From Cenococcum geophilum (taxonomy: Eukaryota), in the NCBI GenBank assembly GCA_050273025.1, contig CP158635.1, positions 23,932,001 to 23,996,000 of the forward strand: a DNA stretch of 64,000 nt, written 5' to 3'. A program made the position numbers and the translations under genes. Below, piece by piece: positions 27,702 through 40,700 of this stretch; position 1 is the stretch's first letter; each line of letters opens with the position of its first letter. The notes beneath the pieces were generated by a model that was given only the letters and a program-made list of their open reading frames with translations, had not been told where the DNA came from and made no database searches.

Positions 27702-29555
27702 ACGTAGTTGGCAAGCCAATGGGCCATGCAAGCCTCCGGGCCACCCCCATCAAAATTGCAAGAAACGCGACGCGTTACTTAACTATTACTTCAATGACTA
27801 CACCATAATAAGAAAACCCCATTTTTCAAGAGGGTAGACTTATTCTAGCTCTTAATGCTTATAAGTAAGGCCAATTCTCAAGTTTCCGATCTGCCGTAAA
27901 GATATATAATGTACCCCGAACTACAGCCTAGCGACGCAATAAAGGCATTAAACCAAGACGCGGTTCTATTGCCCTAAATCGCCTTCTTACACTAGTATAA
28001 GAAAAAAGCCTTAAGCAGTGGATTCTATTAATAGATTAACGCGGTATGCTACCTAGGGTTACTACTATACGGCAGATGGCTAGCCTTTTAGCTACCTAGC
28101 ATGCCAATTTATAACTAGTTAGCGAGTAATAGGTATATAACTTTATTAAGCGCTATAACAACCTATAATCTAAATAGAATCGTAAGTATAACTACTAGCG
28201 AGCTAAATGCGAGGATCCTATACTTATTTAGGCCTAGTTTAAACGCGTTTAAGATACAAAAATTTAGTATAGGATTCTTAATAAGGATATTTAGAATTTT
28301 AATAAAACTAGCTATTAGATGGGTGTTATTGTAACTATAAAAGTTATTACTAGAACTAATAGGGCTGGCCGGCCTAGAATAGTGTAGCTAGGAAATTAAA
28401 AATGGGTTATAATTATTAAATGTATTAATGCCCTAGGGGTTATAATTCCGCCACTAGTTATTTTTAAGGCAGTAATACACCAAGCTACTTAGTATAAGGA
28501 CGATATTATCCCACACAACTAGTTAATTAGTATTAGCAATAATAGCTAGATAATAAATAAGATTGGCCTAACCTAGTTAATAGAGGCCTTTAATAAGCAT
28601 ATAAAGGATTACACGGTTAGCACGCATCGGCTGCTAATACTAGATGGCCACAACAGCCACGTATTGCCTGAATTTGATTGTTACTGCCTAGATTATTAGA
28701 TAGTCGTCCTCTATATACCAGCACATTCGTCGCATTTACTATAGCCGCTAGATATAGGCTGTTTCTTAGTCCTTAAGTAATCGTATAGACGCCTTATTAA
28801 ATAGCTTATAGGTTGTAGTGTTAACTATATTAATAAATATAAATTTCTGCCACTATATAGGCAAGCTAGATATATAGCCCTTTATTAGAACAATATACTA
28901 GCAGGATTCGCAGCTACTAGCCTAGTTCTATATAGCCCTAATTACGTACTAGCATAGCTATATACCAAATATTAAACGCTATTACCCTAACGCCGTCTAT
29001 AGTTAAGTATATCTTAGGCAGCTAAAACACCCTATAATATTACTAAGCTATAATAGCAGACGGCCCTGCTAAGGCGCTATCCTAAGCGGCGTATATATAG
29101 CCTACTAAGTCTAATAGAATAAGCCCTTAGCTAGCTTATTAAGGGGTGCGAAATAGTAATATTAAGTGCTATCCTACTTGTAAGTAAGAATAAGAAGCTA
29201 TATATGGAAAACTAGCGCTAGAAAAGGAAGAGAGTATAGCGTCGCACGTATATAGCTAAGGGGGGTGTTCTATTAGGAGTAGAAGGTCTATCTTGTGTAT
29301 AAGCTGCCCAGAAAACGGCAATAGAGGGGGTAGTAGAGGCAGCGGCTAAGCGACCGTAACGGGTAGTACGTAAGTGTATTATATGCAAATTAATAGAATA
29401 TAATGCACGTATATGCCCTAGACGTCAAATAAGTAGCTAGTAAATAGCTACACCAAATACAATTGTTCGTAGTTGAGTAATTTACTGTATTTGCCCTTAG
29501 TGGTTTAATGGGGTGGCCTAAAGGCTTGCATGACCTATTGGCTTGCTAACTACGT
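27702..29555 (+). mobile_element. pogo/Fot1-family DDE transposon (1854 bp), RIPed
   Basis: About 46-bp TIRs ACGTAGTTGGCAAGCCAAT...GGCCACCCC, TA TSD, ATG at 27794. HTH/CENP-B region (EGRLILAL, SLKQWIL), LLILDGHNSH, HSSHLL.PLDIGCF and a C-terminal Cys/His knuckle. Confidence 0.95.
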
Positions 29556-30876
29556 TAAGGCAAACCATTAACTTTAATAAAATTAATATAAGTAACCGCC
29601 ACGTCTATTATCCTATAAATACCTACGTTAGAATTGCCTTAATTAGCTCTCTAATTAATAGATTTTCTAGAACTAACTGCGAGCTATAGGTATATCTAAA
29701 AAGCGTTAAAGAAACCCCTTTACTTTGTCTAGCAAGAGCCAGTTTTCTTAAGCTTTTAATAATAAACTACCCTTTTTATTAAGTAATACCGCTAGAGGGT
29801 TAAGAGATATAGCGGATATAGTACCTAAGAGCATTAGCGGTCTCGTCCTACCCTTATCGTCTCCCCTATTACTATCCTTAGCTTAAATACGGTCCTTAAT
29901 AGCCTACTTACTGCTACTAAACTATATAGATCCTTAAGAGGATAAAGAAGTAGAAGTTAATAAAATACCTATAATATCTGTAATATAAGTCTTTATTAAT
30001 AGTAGACTGCGGGTCTTTATAGTGTATAAGTTATATCGCTTATAAGCATACCTAATCCTTATTAACTAGCCGCCATAGGGTAAACGGCAGCTTACTACAC
30101 AACTGCGCATTAATTAACCGCTTCTTTAGGCGTAGGGTTAGTATAATAAGCTCTTTAGGTAGGCGTACTATAGAACTACTAGGGCTTAACCTACGCTCGC
30201 TTCTTATATCTACTAACTACTTAGTACTAGTTAACGCTATAAATAAAGTATTACTTGTAATATCTACAGTCTCTATATCTTATCGCCCGCGGATATTATT
30301 ACGCAGCGCGCTTACGCGAAGATCGCCTATATACTAAGGTTGTATATACTTAGAGCCACCTAATTTATCGCAAGGACCCTACTAGCGGCTCTTAACTATA
30401 AAGATTGCTTCGCCTAAGAGGCCTTCTCCTCAGCCTACCTAGCTAAATTGCTATATTAGTATATTACAGGATTTATAGCAAGGCATTCTATATTAGATTA
30501 AATAGTAGATATTTAGGATATCTATACCATGTGCTACTGCTTCTAATATAACTAGAATTCGAATTTAAAACGTTAGGCACGCGTATTCGGTATATAAGCA
30601 GTCTTTATTAATATTCGTAAGCGTTATATAGTAGCTCTATACCGTTTCTCTAGTAATAGTAGTATTATAGCCGTAATAGATTAACTAGCTATAAATAGTA
30701 TTACAATAGGAAGCTATTTGCTCCTTAGAATTAAAGAAGATAATCGTCTTTAGAATTAGCTAAAGTTAGTTAAACTATTAGCGCTATATAGATATTAAGC
30801 AGCTTCTTAATTGCTTGCCCTTTCCTTAGTTACTATTACTAGTAGTATACAAATATACTAAAATAGTAGTAATAGT

Positions 30877-31124
30877 TGTCACGGGACTTACACGTTTTCA
30901 CGTCTCTACGCGTTTTGACATTTTTAACCCGTGCTTACGTTCGTCCCAAGACACCTACACACGTTCCCCTACAACCCCTATTTATACCCATACCTAACCT
31001 ATTCTGTTCTATTCTATATCTAAATATCTTTATATTAACTACGTATAGTTACGCGTACGTAGCCTTCTTTAATTACTACCTTGTTTAGTACATTGTATTC
31101 CAGCTCATGCTTACTTCTATAATA
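30877..31124. repeat. Solo LTR (248 bp)
   Basis: TGTCAC...ATAATA (RIPed GTGACA) flanked by 5-bp TSD ATAGT (30872-76, 31125-29). Removing it restores the helicase frame. Confidence 0.85.
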
Positions 31125-31296
31125 ATAGTAAAATAAAAAGCTTAAAAGTCCTTCTTCTCTTTTACGGTTATAACTCTCTATATAATCTTTAGCTCTAGCT
31201 AATTAATTAGGGTTTTAATAACTTATATATTAAGTTTAAACCTAGCTAGCTTATATATAGTCCGAAATATAAAGGGGTTTAGCGTTACGGTATATA

Positions 31297-34200
31297 ATAA
31301 TAATTCATTACTTAACGTCCGATTCGGATCCCTATTAGGCCCACGCGGACTACTCCTTATATACATATAGGGAGAAAACTCTATTTGAGAAAACCCCGTA
31401 ATCCATCTCCCCGCCTTTTGGGACTCGCCTATAAGGCGCCTGCGAGGCGCCTGCGAGTCACCTATAGTGCTCCTACTACCTTACTTTTTGACCTCTTTAG
31501 GAACTACTGCTGCCGTAACAAGCCTACGGACGCGCTAGTATTATAAACTTTACTCTACTGCTATAGAGTTATTAGGGGGCACCCGTTGCTTACTCCCCTA
31601 CCTTCTATTGCCATTTCCTTTATAACCCGGAACTGGTTTAGTATATTTTAGCTAATAAGCTACTAGGTAACCGCCTTAAGGCCTTTTTATATTAAGAGCA
31701 GTGTCTTATAGTTCTCTATACTAGCTACTAAGAGTATTACTTCTCGGTTAGTATATAAGGGGCATAGTAGTATTACGTGCTTTAGTGTCTGTCTTAGCCA
31801 GCTATATTCGCATCTTAGGCTACCTACTAGGACACCCACCTAGTAGAGCCAGTCTTTTAGTCCTATTACTCCTATTCTTAAAAGTATTGCCATTGTATTT
31901 TCTGCCTTTATTAGGCCTTCTCGGAGCCCTAGAGTATTTACCCCCTATGGCGTTAACTATACTACAGCTTAGGTTCTTCTTGCCTTAGTTAACCTCTGTA
32001 CCTTTAACTCCCATATACCTTTTTAGCGTTAGTTCAGCCAGTATTATATTGCGGTAGTTGGTTTCCTAGCGTTCTTTTATACTTTACTTTAGCTCTTTTC
32101 TCTCTCTTACTATTGTCCTTGCTGGCCTCTTACGCGTCTCCCTTCCTCCTCTATATAGGCCTAGGCCCTAGAGCAGCACTATTCTTCTTCTACTTTCTTT
32201 ACCTGTTTCTCTAATATATCTTCCCTACTTTAGGGTTATTGGTTTGTTCTCCTATAAGGCGCCCTAGGGTCCCTCTATAGTTTATTTAGGCGTATCTTAA
32301 TATACTTTATAATATTAGAGTTGCGTTCCTTTTGCGCCCTTTATATTGCAGCGGCTTTAATATATAGTTGTAGGGGGGGAATATTAGCTTCCTTCTTAAG
32401 CAGTGCTGTGGCCGTTCGCTTATATCCGCCTGTTATACTCTAGAGGTAGGCTATTTAGACCTTTTAGAGTGGTTTAAGGAGCGATTTAGGGGGGCCTTTC
32501 TTAGATTCTCTAATGGCCCAAATACTAGACCTATACGTTATGGTTGGCTAGACAACTGCTATATATAGTAGGCGTAACCTCTAAAAGCATAGGCCCTATA
32601 TAGAATTAACGATCCTAGATAATGCGATATACTATACTTGGCCCTTACGGGCCGCTTAGGCCGCATATGCGCTCTACCGGAGCTTACTATCTACCTATAC
32701 TCCTAATACTCTTAGGCCCTAAACTAGCTAACCCCTAAAGCCTTAGATGCGAATTATGTGCTAGAGATTTGTAGATTAGTTACATTTTCTTATAAAATGG
32801 ATTAGCTAGTACTTCTCTGGTAAGAATTGGACTCTACTCGTGGCACCCACTAGTAAGCAGCGCTTACTAGTGGTCCTGGGCTCAATGCAACAACCGAGCT
32901 CAATGCAACTTTTATATTTGTATGGCGTCTTATACAAAATCGACCTTTTTCCAAGTTGAATAACTTAACAATACTACATAGAAATTATATAAGAATTTAA
33001 AGGCTTATATATAATCCTTTAAAAATCAATAATATAACTTATTTAAAGCTGATATTTATTGTATTTATTGTATTTCTATACTTTTTATTATTATATTTTA
33101 TTTAAGGCCAGTAAATACTAAAACTTCTATAAAATAGAAAATTAATATTAAAATTAAGTTTCTTTATACTTATTTAGGTATAAAAAAAAGAAGTATATAT
33201 ATTTAATAATTTATTATAGCGTTGTTGTTAAGTTATTTAACTTGGAAAAAGGTTGATTTTGTATAAGACGCCATACAAATATAAAAGTTGCATTGAGCTC
33301 GGTTGTTACATTGAGCCCGGGACCACTAGTAAGCGCTGCTTACTAGTAGGTACCACGAGTATATCGTCTTGCCTATTCTATATAGGTATTATAAGCTTTC
33401 TCTAACATTCTGCAATTCTCTATAGCTGTTGGCCCGTATATAATTAGGTTTATATCATTAACAAAGCCTATCCCCTAGGTCGCCCCTTTCTTAAAGGAGT
33501 TAAGTAGGTTGCTTATAAAGAAAAGGAAAAGTATAGGCGAGAGGGGTAATCCTTGTGGTATTCCTATTGCAACTATAATAGGGGGGCTTTAGTATCCGCT
33601 AAAGACCAATAATATTTCTTTTTAGCCTGTAAACCCTTAAACAAATTATATAATCCATTTTAGGAAGCCTTTTACTTTAAGGATGTATAGGAGACGCTTA
33701 TAGGGTACGTTATTATAGGCGCCACTAATATCTAGGCTAAGCATTAATACTATAAAGTCCCTTCGCATCACCTATGCTGATTTAATGGTGGCAGCGAGTA
33801 GTATAAGTGCTGATAGTGTTAAGCGGTTCTTTCTTACCCCTATTTAGCTTTATAGTAGTAGGGCGTGTTCCTCTACTATATCTGCTATATGGTCCGCTAT
33901 TACCCTTTCTAAGATCTTGCTAAGGGTATTCTCTAAGGCAATAGGGCGGTAGCTCCCTAGAAATAAGTAGTCTGCTTTACCTTCTTTATATAGGATAAAC
34001 GTTGTTATAGCTCTTCTAAGTCTTAGGTAGTAGCCTATTATAAAGTATACTCTAGCTACATCCGCAAGCTAAGGTGCTATTAGTGGTCCGCAGGTCTTTA
34101 GGGCTTTATTTAGGATCCTATCTGGTCCTAGTACTGTGTTATTTAAAAGGCGGCTAATGGTTCTAGCCATTTCTTTGGTTGTTATGTCACTGTCGACCCT

Positions 34201-34639
34201 TAGGCGAGTCACCGGTGCTTCGCCTGTGATATCGCTGAGGTCTGCTAGAGCTAATTGGGGGGAAAATCTTTCTATAAGGATTTTTGCCTTCTTATCATTG
34301 TCGCTTATAGCTAGTAATTCGCCTAGTCTTCGCAGGGGCAGAAGGTATAGGTCTTCTACTGGACGTCCTGCCTTTCTCTTTACCCATTTTGCTATTCTCC
34401 AAAGACCTTTGTTATAGGGGAGGCTCGGGTTAGTAGTATGCTTATTTATAAACCGTCTCCAGCTATTCCTTACTTCTTTTTTCAGGGTATTCTTTAGCTG
34501 GTTTCTTGTGTCTTTGTAATGTCTCTCGTCTTTAGGATCGTAGCTGCTTATATATTTTCTTCTTGCTCGTCGTTAGCTGGCGACGAGAACCGCGCATTAT
34601 ACGGACCATGTATGTCGCGCGTAGGGGCCCGCTTTTAAG
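31297..34639 (-). mobile_element. 5'-truncated Tad1-type LINE, RIPed
   Basis: 16-bp TSD AGCGTTACGGTATATA (31281-96, 34640-55). ORF2 remnants: SYRPIAL, GIPQGLPLSPILF, GFVNDI (FVDD RIPed), and a C-terminal RCE(C)..RQT.KHVILLCP knuckle. Short (TTA)n tail. Confidence 0.92.
32837..33359. mobile_element. TA-targeting MITE (523 bp) inserted in the LINE
   Basis: CTCGTGG...CCACGAG ends, about 135-bp inverted arms, TA TSD (32835-36, 33360-61), AT-rich non-coding core. Confidence 0.9.
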
Positions 34640-37600
34640 AGCGTTACGGTATATATAAACTAAGGCTTATTAACTAAGACTAAATGTACTTTAAAGAGTT
34701 ATGCGTATATTATATAGAAGGTCTCTCCCTAATTAGTAAGTAGGTATATTTTATTAACTATTATAAGGGCAATATAGAAATAAAACATTAGGTCTACTAG
34801 GACCTTATATAGCTTATTACTAACTAAAAGCTTTAGGGAGATAAGGATATATATATAGCTGCCCATACGGATATCCTTAATTAGCTTAGCGGATATTATC
34901 TTCCCCTATATATAAACAGGTCGAATATAAGGTAGCTTTATAATCTTTTTACTTACTTTAACCTAATATTACGGGGCGCGGAATAGTGGCTGCTAAACGT
35001 ATGTATTCGGGGAGTCTACAAGATATTACGCGATTGATTGTAAGGATTGAGGGCGTAGGAAGGTGATATACTACGCGTGGCTGGCGTAAGCTATACGCGA
35101 AGCGTGCGCGAGGGCACGGGGTTCTGCTAGGGAGTCTCCTATAGAGGCTCCTACGGCGGCGTTCCGTAATACTACTCCCCCCTCTTATAGAGGCGAAGCT
35201 CCGGCGACGCTATAGTTACCATATATATATAGAAGGAACGCTTAAGGTATAAAGAAGGAAAAGAAATAATATTAAAGGGGTTGGTGGTATAGGGTTCTAC
35301 TGGCTCTAATCGTTAAATGGACTAATTAGGATTTTCTATCCCTAGAATAGAAAATCGCTATTAGCTTAGTAAAAGGCGGTAAACTAAACTAATATCTTTA
35401 TAGTCCGCAGTAATATTATATAATAAGGCTTAGCACCTAAAAATTTAACTAATTAGGTAACTTTAACCGGCGGTCGAAGTTCCTAGACATCTTAACGATT
35501 TTTCGGTTATGTGATAGCAATCTACGGCAATCTAACAGTAATTTGCCCTTACGTGGCAGTATATAACGGTTAAACTCTATAAGGGCTCCTATAGAGGATT
35601 AGGTATAAAATCTCTGCTTAGGCCCGGTTTCTACGGGTTCGCGTAGTAAAAGTCGCTAATTAGGTCCTTTGCATTTTTAAAGTCTTTCTATAGTTACCAT
35701 TCTGGCTAATTTATATTAAATCCTATATAGATAGCTCTATAGTAGAGCCGCCGTCCTCTACCTTTACTAAAGTATTTAGAGTTAATAATTTGTTTAACGG
35801 TCTACTCCTTATGGTTCTCGTCCTTATTCTTATCTTAGATTAATACTAATAGGGGTTTAAGCTATATCTATCCTGGTAAGGGGTTAGGCTAGTAAAGGTA
35901 TAGTAGCTATAGGTAAAATATAGGCTATATCCTACGGGTGGCTAGGGTAGGCGGGAGCTCTAGCTTATATACGGCTCCTTTATTAATAACTTATTTAATC
36001 TAATAGGGGCCGAGATTCTTATAATCGAGTGACTTTATAGGCCTCTGTATAGAGATATTATATATATCTAGCTATACCTAGTCGCCAATATATATCTCTA
36101 GTGGTGGCGTTCTATAATGGTTAGTAAAGTAGGCCTACTTTACTTAAGCCCAGGCCATTTCTCCCCTGTAGTAGTTAAGTAGATTTTTTATATAGTCTGT
36201 ATACTGGTCGGTAAGTAGCATCTTAAGGCGTTTTCTATATAGTAGTTTCTTATTAATAGGTTCTAGTGGCTCTATACTAGATTGGGGGTAATAACCCTTA
36301 TTTATAAAGAACGGAGTAAGTCCTATAATAGCTAAGATATAGTTATTAGCTATAAACTCGCCTAGTAGGAGGTAATCTACCTAGTTATCTTAGTTGCAAG
36401 CAACGACCTGTTATAAGTACGCCTTTATATTAGCGTTAGCGTTTTCTAGCTATCCTATAGTCTTATAGTAGAAGGATATAGATATCTTAACGGAGATACT
36501 AAGACGTTAATAGATCCGTCTTTATAGGTTAGAGTTAAATTATATGCCCTAGTCGGACGTAATAGAGTTAGGTATCCTATATAGTTAGTAAACTTCGCGA
36601 AGAAAAGCGTCTACGACGTTATTTACGACTACGCCTTTAGTTAGAATATAGTAACGTTCCTTTATAAGTTAGTATATTATTATTAGGATATTTTTATAGG
36701 TACGACTATGCCGTTTATAGGGTGGTAGGTTAGTAATAAAGTCTATGGCTATATCTACTTACCACTATATAGGGATTAGTAGTGGGTGTAATAGTCCTTA
36801 GTACTTAGTGCAAAAGGCCTTAGCGCGCTTATAGCCGTAGTAGGCGCTTATAAAGTGTTTAACTAAGTCTATTATTTTAGGCCAGAAGTAGTATCGGCTA
36901 AGGAGTTTATACGTTCCTCCTTTGCCTAGATAACTACTTAACTAGAGGTTATAGGCTATTTAGATTAGTTACCGTTATAGGTCTTCTAAATTAGGGATAA
37001 ATATACGGCCTCTATAGTAGAGTCTATTTTCCTTTACTTCTAAAGCTACTATATTAATTTAGCCTAAGTTTTAAAGGCTAGTAGGTGGCTTACGGACGCT
37101 AGTAGTTTTCGCAGTAATAAGTTAGTATAATAACGGGTTAATAGAGATGTTATATATAGTAGTAATAAGCTTATTAATTTTAGGGGATAGCTTTAAGTCT
37201 ATAGCGTAAAGCTAAGGTATAGATAGTTCTATTATGGGTAGTATATTAAGGGCTAAGTTCCTTACTTTTAGGATTATTTACTATTAAAACTAATTATAGG
37301 AGTTATCCTTTAACTAAGGAAGATCTTATAAGCGGCGTGTTAGGCTATTAGGTTTTGTGCCTTATACTTTTAGCTTATATATAATTTTAAAGTTAAAACT
37401 AGAGAGGAACTTATTCTAATATGCTTAGCGTTAGTTTAGCTACTTTATAGTTATAAAGTACTTAAAGTTGCGATAATCTGTAAGGACTTTAGTTAGCTAG
37501 TTAGGTTCTGCTAAGGAGAGTTCTAATTAAAATTCTTTAAACGCTTATATAATTATAAGGAGTTCTTTATTATAGATTTTATAATTACACTTTTATAGTA

Positions 37601-37746
37601 TAAGCTTAGACAAGTAGAATGCGACTAGGTAAAGGAAACCGTTATTACCTATCTAAGAGAGGACGCTTATGTTAACGTGGTCTAAGGAGTTAGTTTTAAA
37701 ATAGAGTTATTATCCTAGTATAAAGTAAGCTAAAATAGGTACTTTA

Positions 37747-40700
37747 TGTTACGGACGCTTTAAGTACGATGTTATGACTACTTGGAGAAGAGACGGAAGA
37801 AGCTAGTTAGTTAATTTAGGCACGGTCTGAAATGGAGCCAATAGAACTATATAACGAGGAATGGTAACCAAGGTTATATAATATGCTACGTATTAAACAA
37901 AAGGAATAAGAGGAACTTACGTACCTTATATATAAGACGTATATTACGTATAAGAAGGATTTTATAGGAGTATGGTTGTGTATTTAAGGACCCTTAGTCC
38001 CTACCTAGATAGTTTCTTCCTTGTAGTAATTCTTAGAATACAATTAGAGTTAATCTATTAGGCAACCACTCTACCAGTTGTTATTACGTTATTAACTTTT
38101 ATACTTATATTTCCTATATACCTAGCCTATTAACGAGCTTATCATAGTTCTTGCTATAAGGTTCCGTTATATAATCACTACCTAGTTATGGTATTAATAT
38201 AAAAAGTTAAATAACATGCTACTAAAAGCAGCCACTACGACGCTATTAACGGTAGCAACTACTTTAAGGACAGGAGGTGACACTAGTATAGCGGATACTA
38301 ACTTACAGCAACCTATGACGGTTGGACAGCTATAGGAAATAGTTAACTAGCTAATAGCTAACAATATAGTATTGGAAGAAAGACTTAACGGGATAGGAGT
38401 AGTAAAGATTAAGCTATTATTAATTAAGAGATTTATAGGAGAGAGGTTAAAGCTTAAAGGATTCCTTATATAAATGCACTTTAAGGTCTTATAGAAGGGA
38501 GTAAAGTTACCTATACCTATAGATCGGATAGCCTACGCAGGACTATTCTTATTAGGAAAAGCACTTAAGTGGTTTAAATCTTACCTTATAGAGATATAGA
38601 CAAATGGGATAATAACTACTAACTAAGACGTGCAATTTATGTTCTTAAGTTAGGAAGGATTTATAGAATAACTAACGTAGATATTTAGAGACCCGAAAGA
38701 AAAAACTACAGTAAAAAGAAAACTCTAAAACCTTATATAACGAACTTTAGTAATTAAGTATATAATATAGTTCCAGATACTAGTAATATAAGTAGAGTAG
38801 AATAATAGGGCGCTTATGGTATAGTATAAACAGGGACTTAAGGCTAAAGTCTAGGACATAATCATCCTAATAGAAGATGCGGATACCCTAAGGGAACTAA
38901 TAAATTAGGCGATTAAGATTAACAATCGGATCTACTAAAGGGAATAGGCTAAGAGAGGCTAGGACAGAGTTTTATAGTTGTATAAGGCGTAGAGTACGCA
39001 ACAACAAAAGCTAAGTTAGAAACTATAGTACGGCGCAGAGCTAATAGACCTAAGTAGTACTAAAGAAGCCTATAAGAGATAGAGTAAACTATAGAAACCT
39101 AAAGGATAAGGATTAAGTAATTAAAGGTCTAAAGAGCAAAGGCCAAATTAAAGATCTTAATAGTAGAAGATATTTAGGCGGACTCTATAGCAAGAGAAAT
39201 GGTTTAAAGAAGGAGCTTATATAAATTACGGAAAATAGGGTTATTATATTAGAGACTATAGAAGTGGGCAGAGTTACTATATAGTAAAAGGCATGAGACT
39301 AGTAGACAATATACATATATAAAGGGATAATAATATACTGCGAGGAACAAAAGAGTGTTTAATTAGAAGTTTTGCGTTTTATTATAATAACGCATACTAA
39401 ATTTATAAGGACGCTAAGTACGGCGTAAGCTATTAGCTATAAGAGCTAGCACCTGTAGGATACAGAGGAATTAACGAACTAGTTTGCAGATTGGATATTA
39501 AGGACGATGAATTCGACTTAGGTAAAACATTCTATAATAATAAGGCAATAAGGGCCGCTTACTAGGAGTAAGTAAACCTTAAAGATATTATACTAGAGGC
39601 AGAGGATAATTCTATTATAGAATAAGGAACATTAGTAGGGATTAAAACCCTACTAGATATAATGTCTATCACTTTACGAGACGTAAGAGAAGTAGGATAG
39701 TAAACCACTTCGGCACTTAATAAAGGTAAAAGGCTAAAGGCTCAAGATTCTTAAAATAAGATAAGAGACAACTAAGATTCTTAAGACAAGATAAGGTAAG
39801 CTTAAGGACCTATAATGGACAGAAACCGATGGAGTAGAGCAGTAGCTTAGTTTAAAGATATATGAATAAGCTTAGGACGGAAGTTCCTACAGGCACAAGA
39901 TTCTTAAGACGAGATGAGTGAGATTTAAGACTCTTAAGATAAGATAAAAATACTAAGTAAGCCTAGTTAAACTAAGGCTGGAGCTAAGCTTAAGTTAGAA
40001 GCAAGCTTAGGATTAAAGAGCCCAAGGGGTTAAAAATTTGGGGTATAAATTAGGACACCTATAAACAAGAGGCAAGGAGCTTCTTTATAGATTAGAGAAT
40101 CTACGGCACAAATAGTAATTAGACTGGGAGACGAATATATAAACCCAGAAGATTTACTAGTTAAATGAAGTATTTAGACTAAAGATTAGAAAGCCGATAT
40201 TAGGATCAAGAAGTAAGATAACTTTAAGGATTAGAGCGCAAGGCGTAAATCAAAAGAAACCATAGAAGAGTTTAGGTAAAGAATCATTATATAGTAAGAA
40301 TAGAAACTAGATAGAAGATCTAGTATATTAGGATATATAAAGGACAGAGCACTAGTATAAAGAATTACTAATAGGCTAAGAGCAGGCATACTAAGAGCTA
40401 AGTAGCTTACTAAACTAGAATAAAAAGAGAATCTAGGGATTCTAACTAGGTTTAAGGAACAATATATTAAAGGCTGTCACAATATAGTAATAAAGAGATA
40501 TTTCCTTACAGATAGACCGTATATACTCCAGTAGCTGTACTAAAAGTAGTATAGGCAACGACGCAATAATAAGTAGGAAGATTTCTATATGTAGTTAAAT
40601 AAAAAAGTTATCTAGGACTACCTAATTATAGAGAAGGCCATAACGCATATTAAAGGAGCCTTAATTATAACGTTAAAGGATCTAAAGGAATATTTAGAGG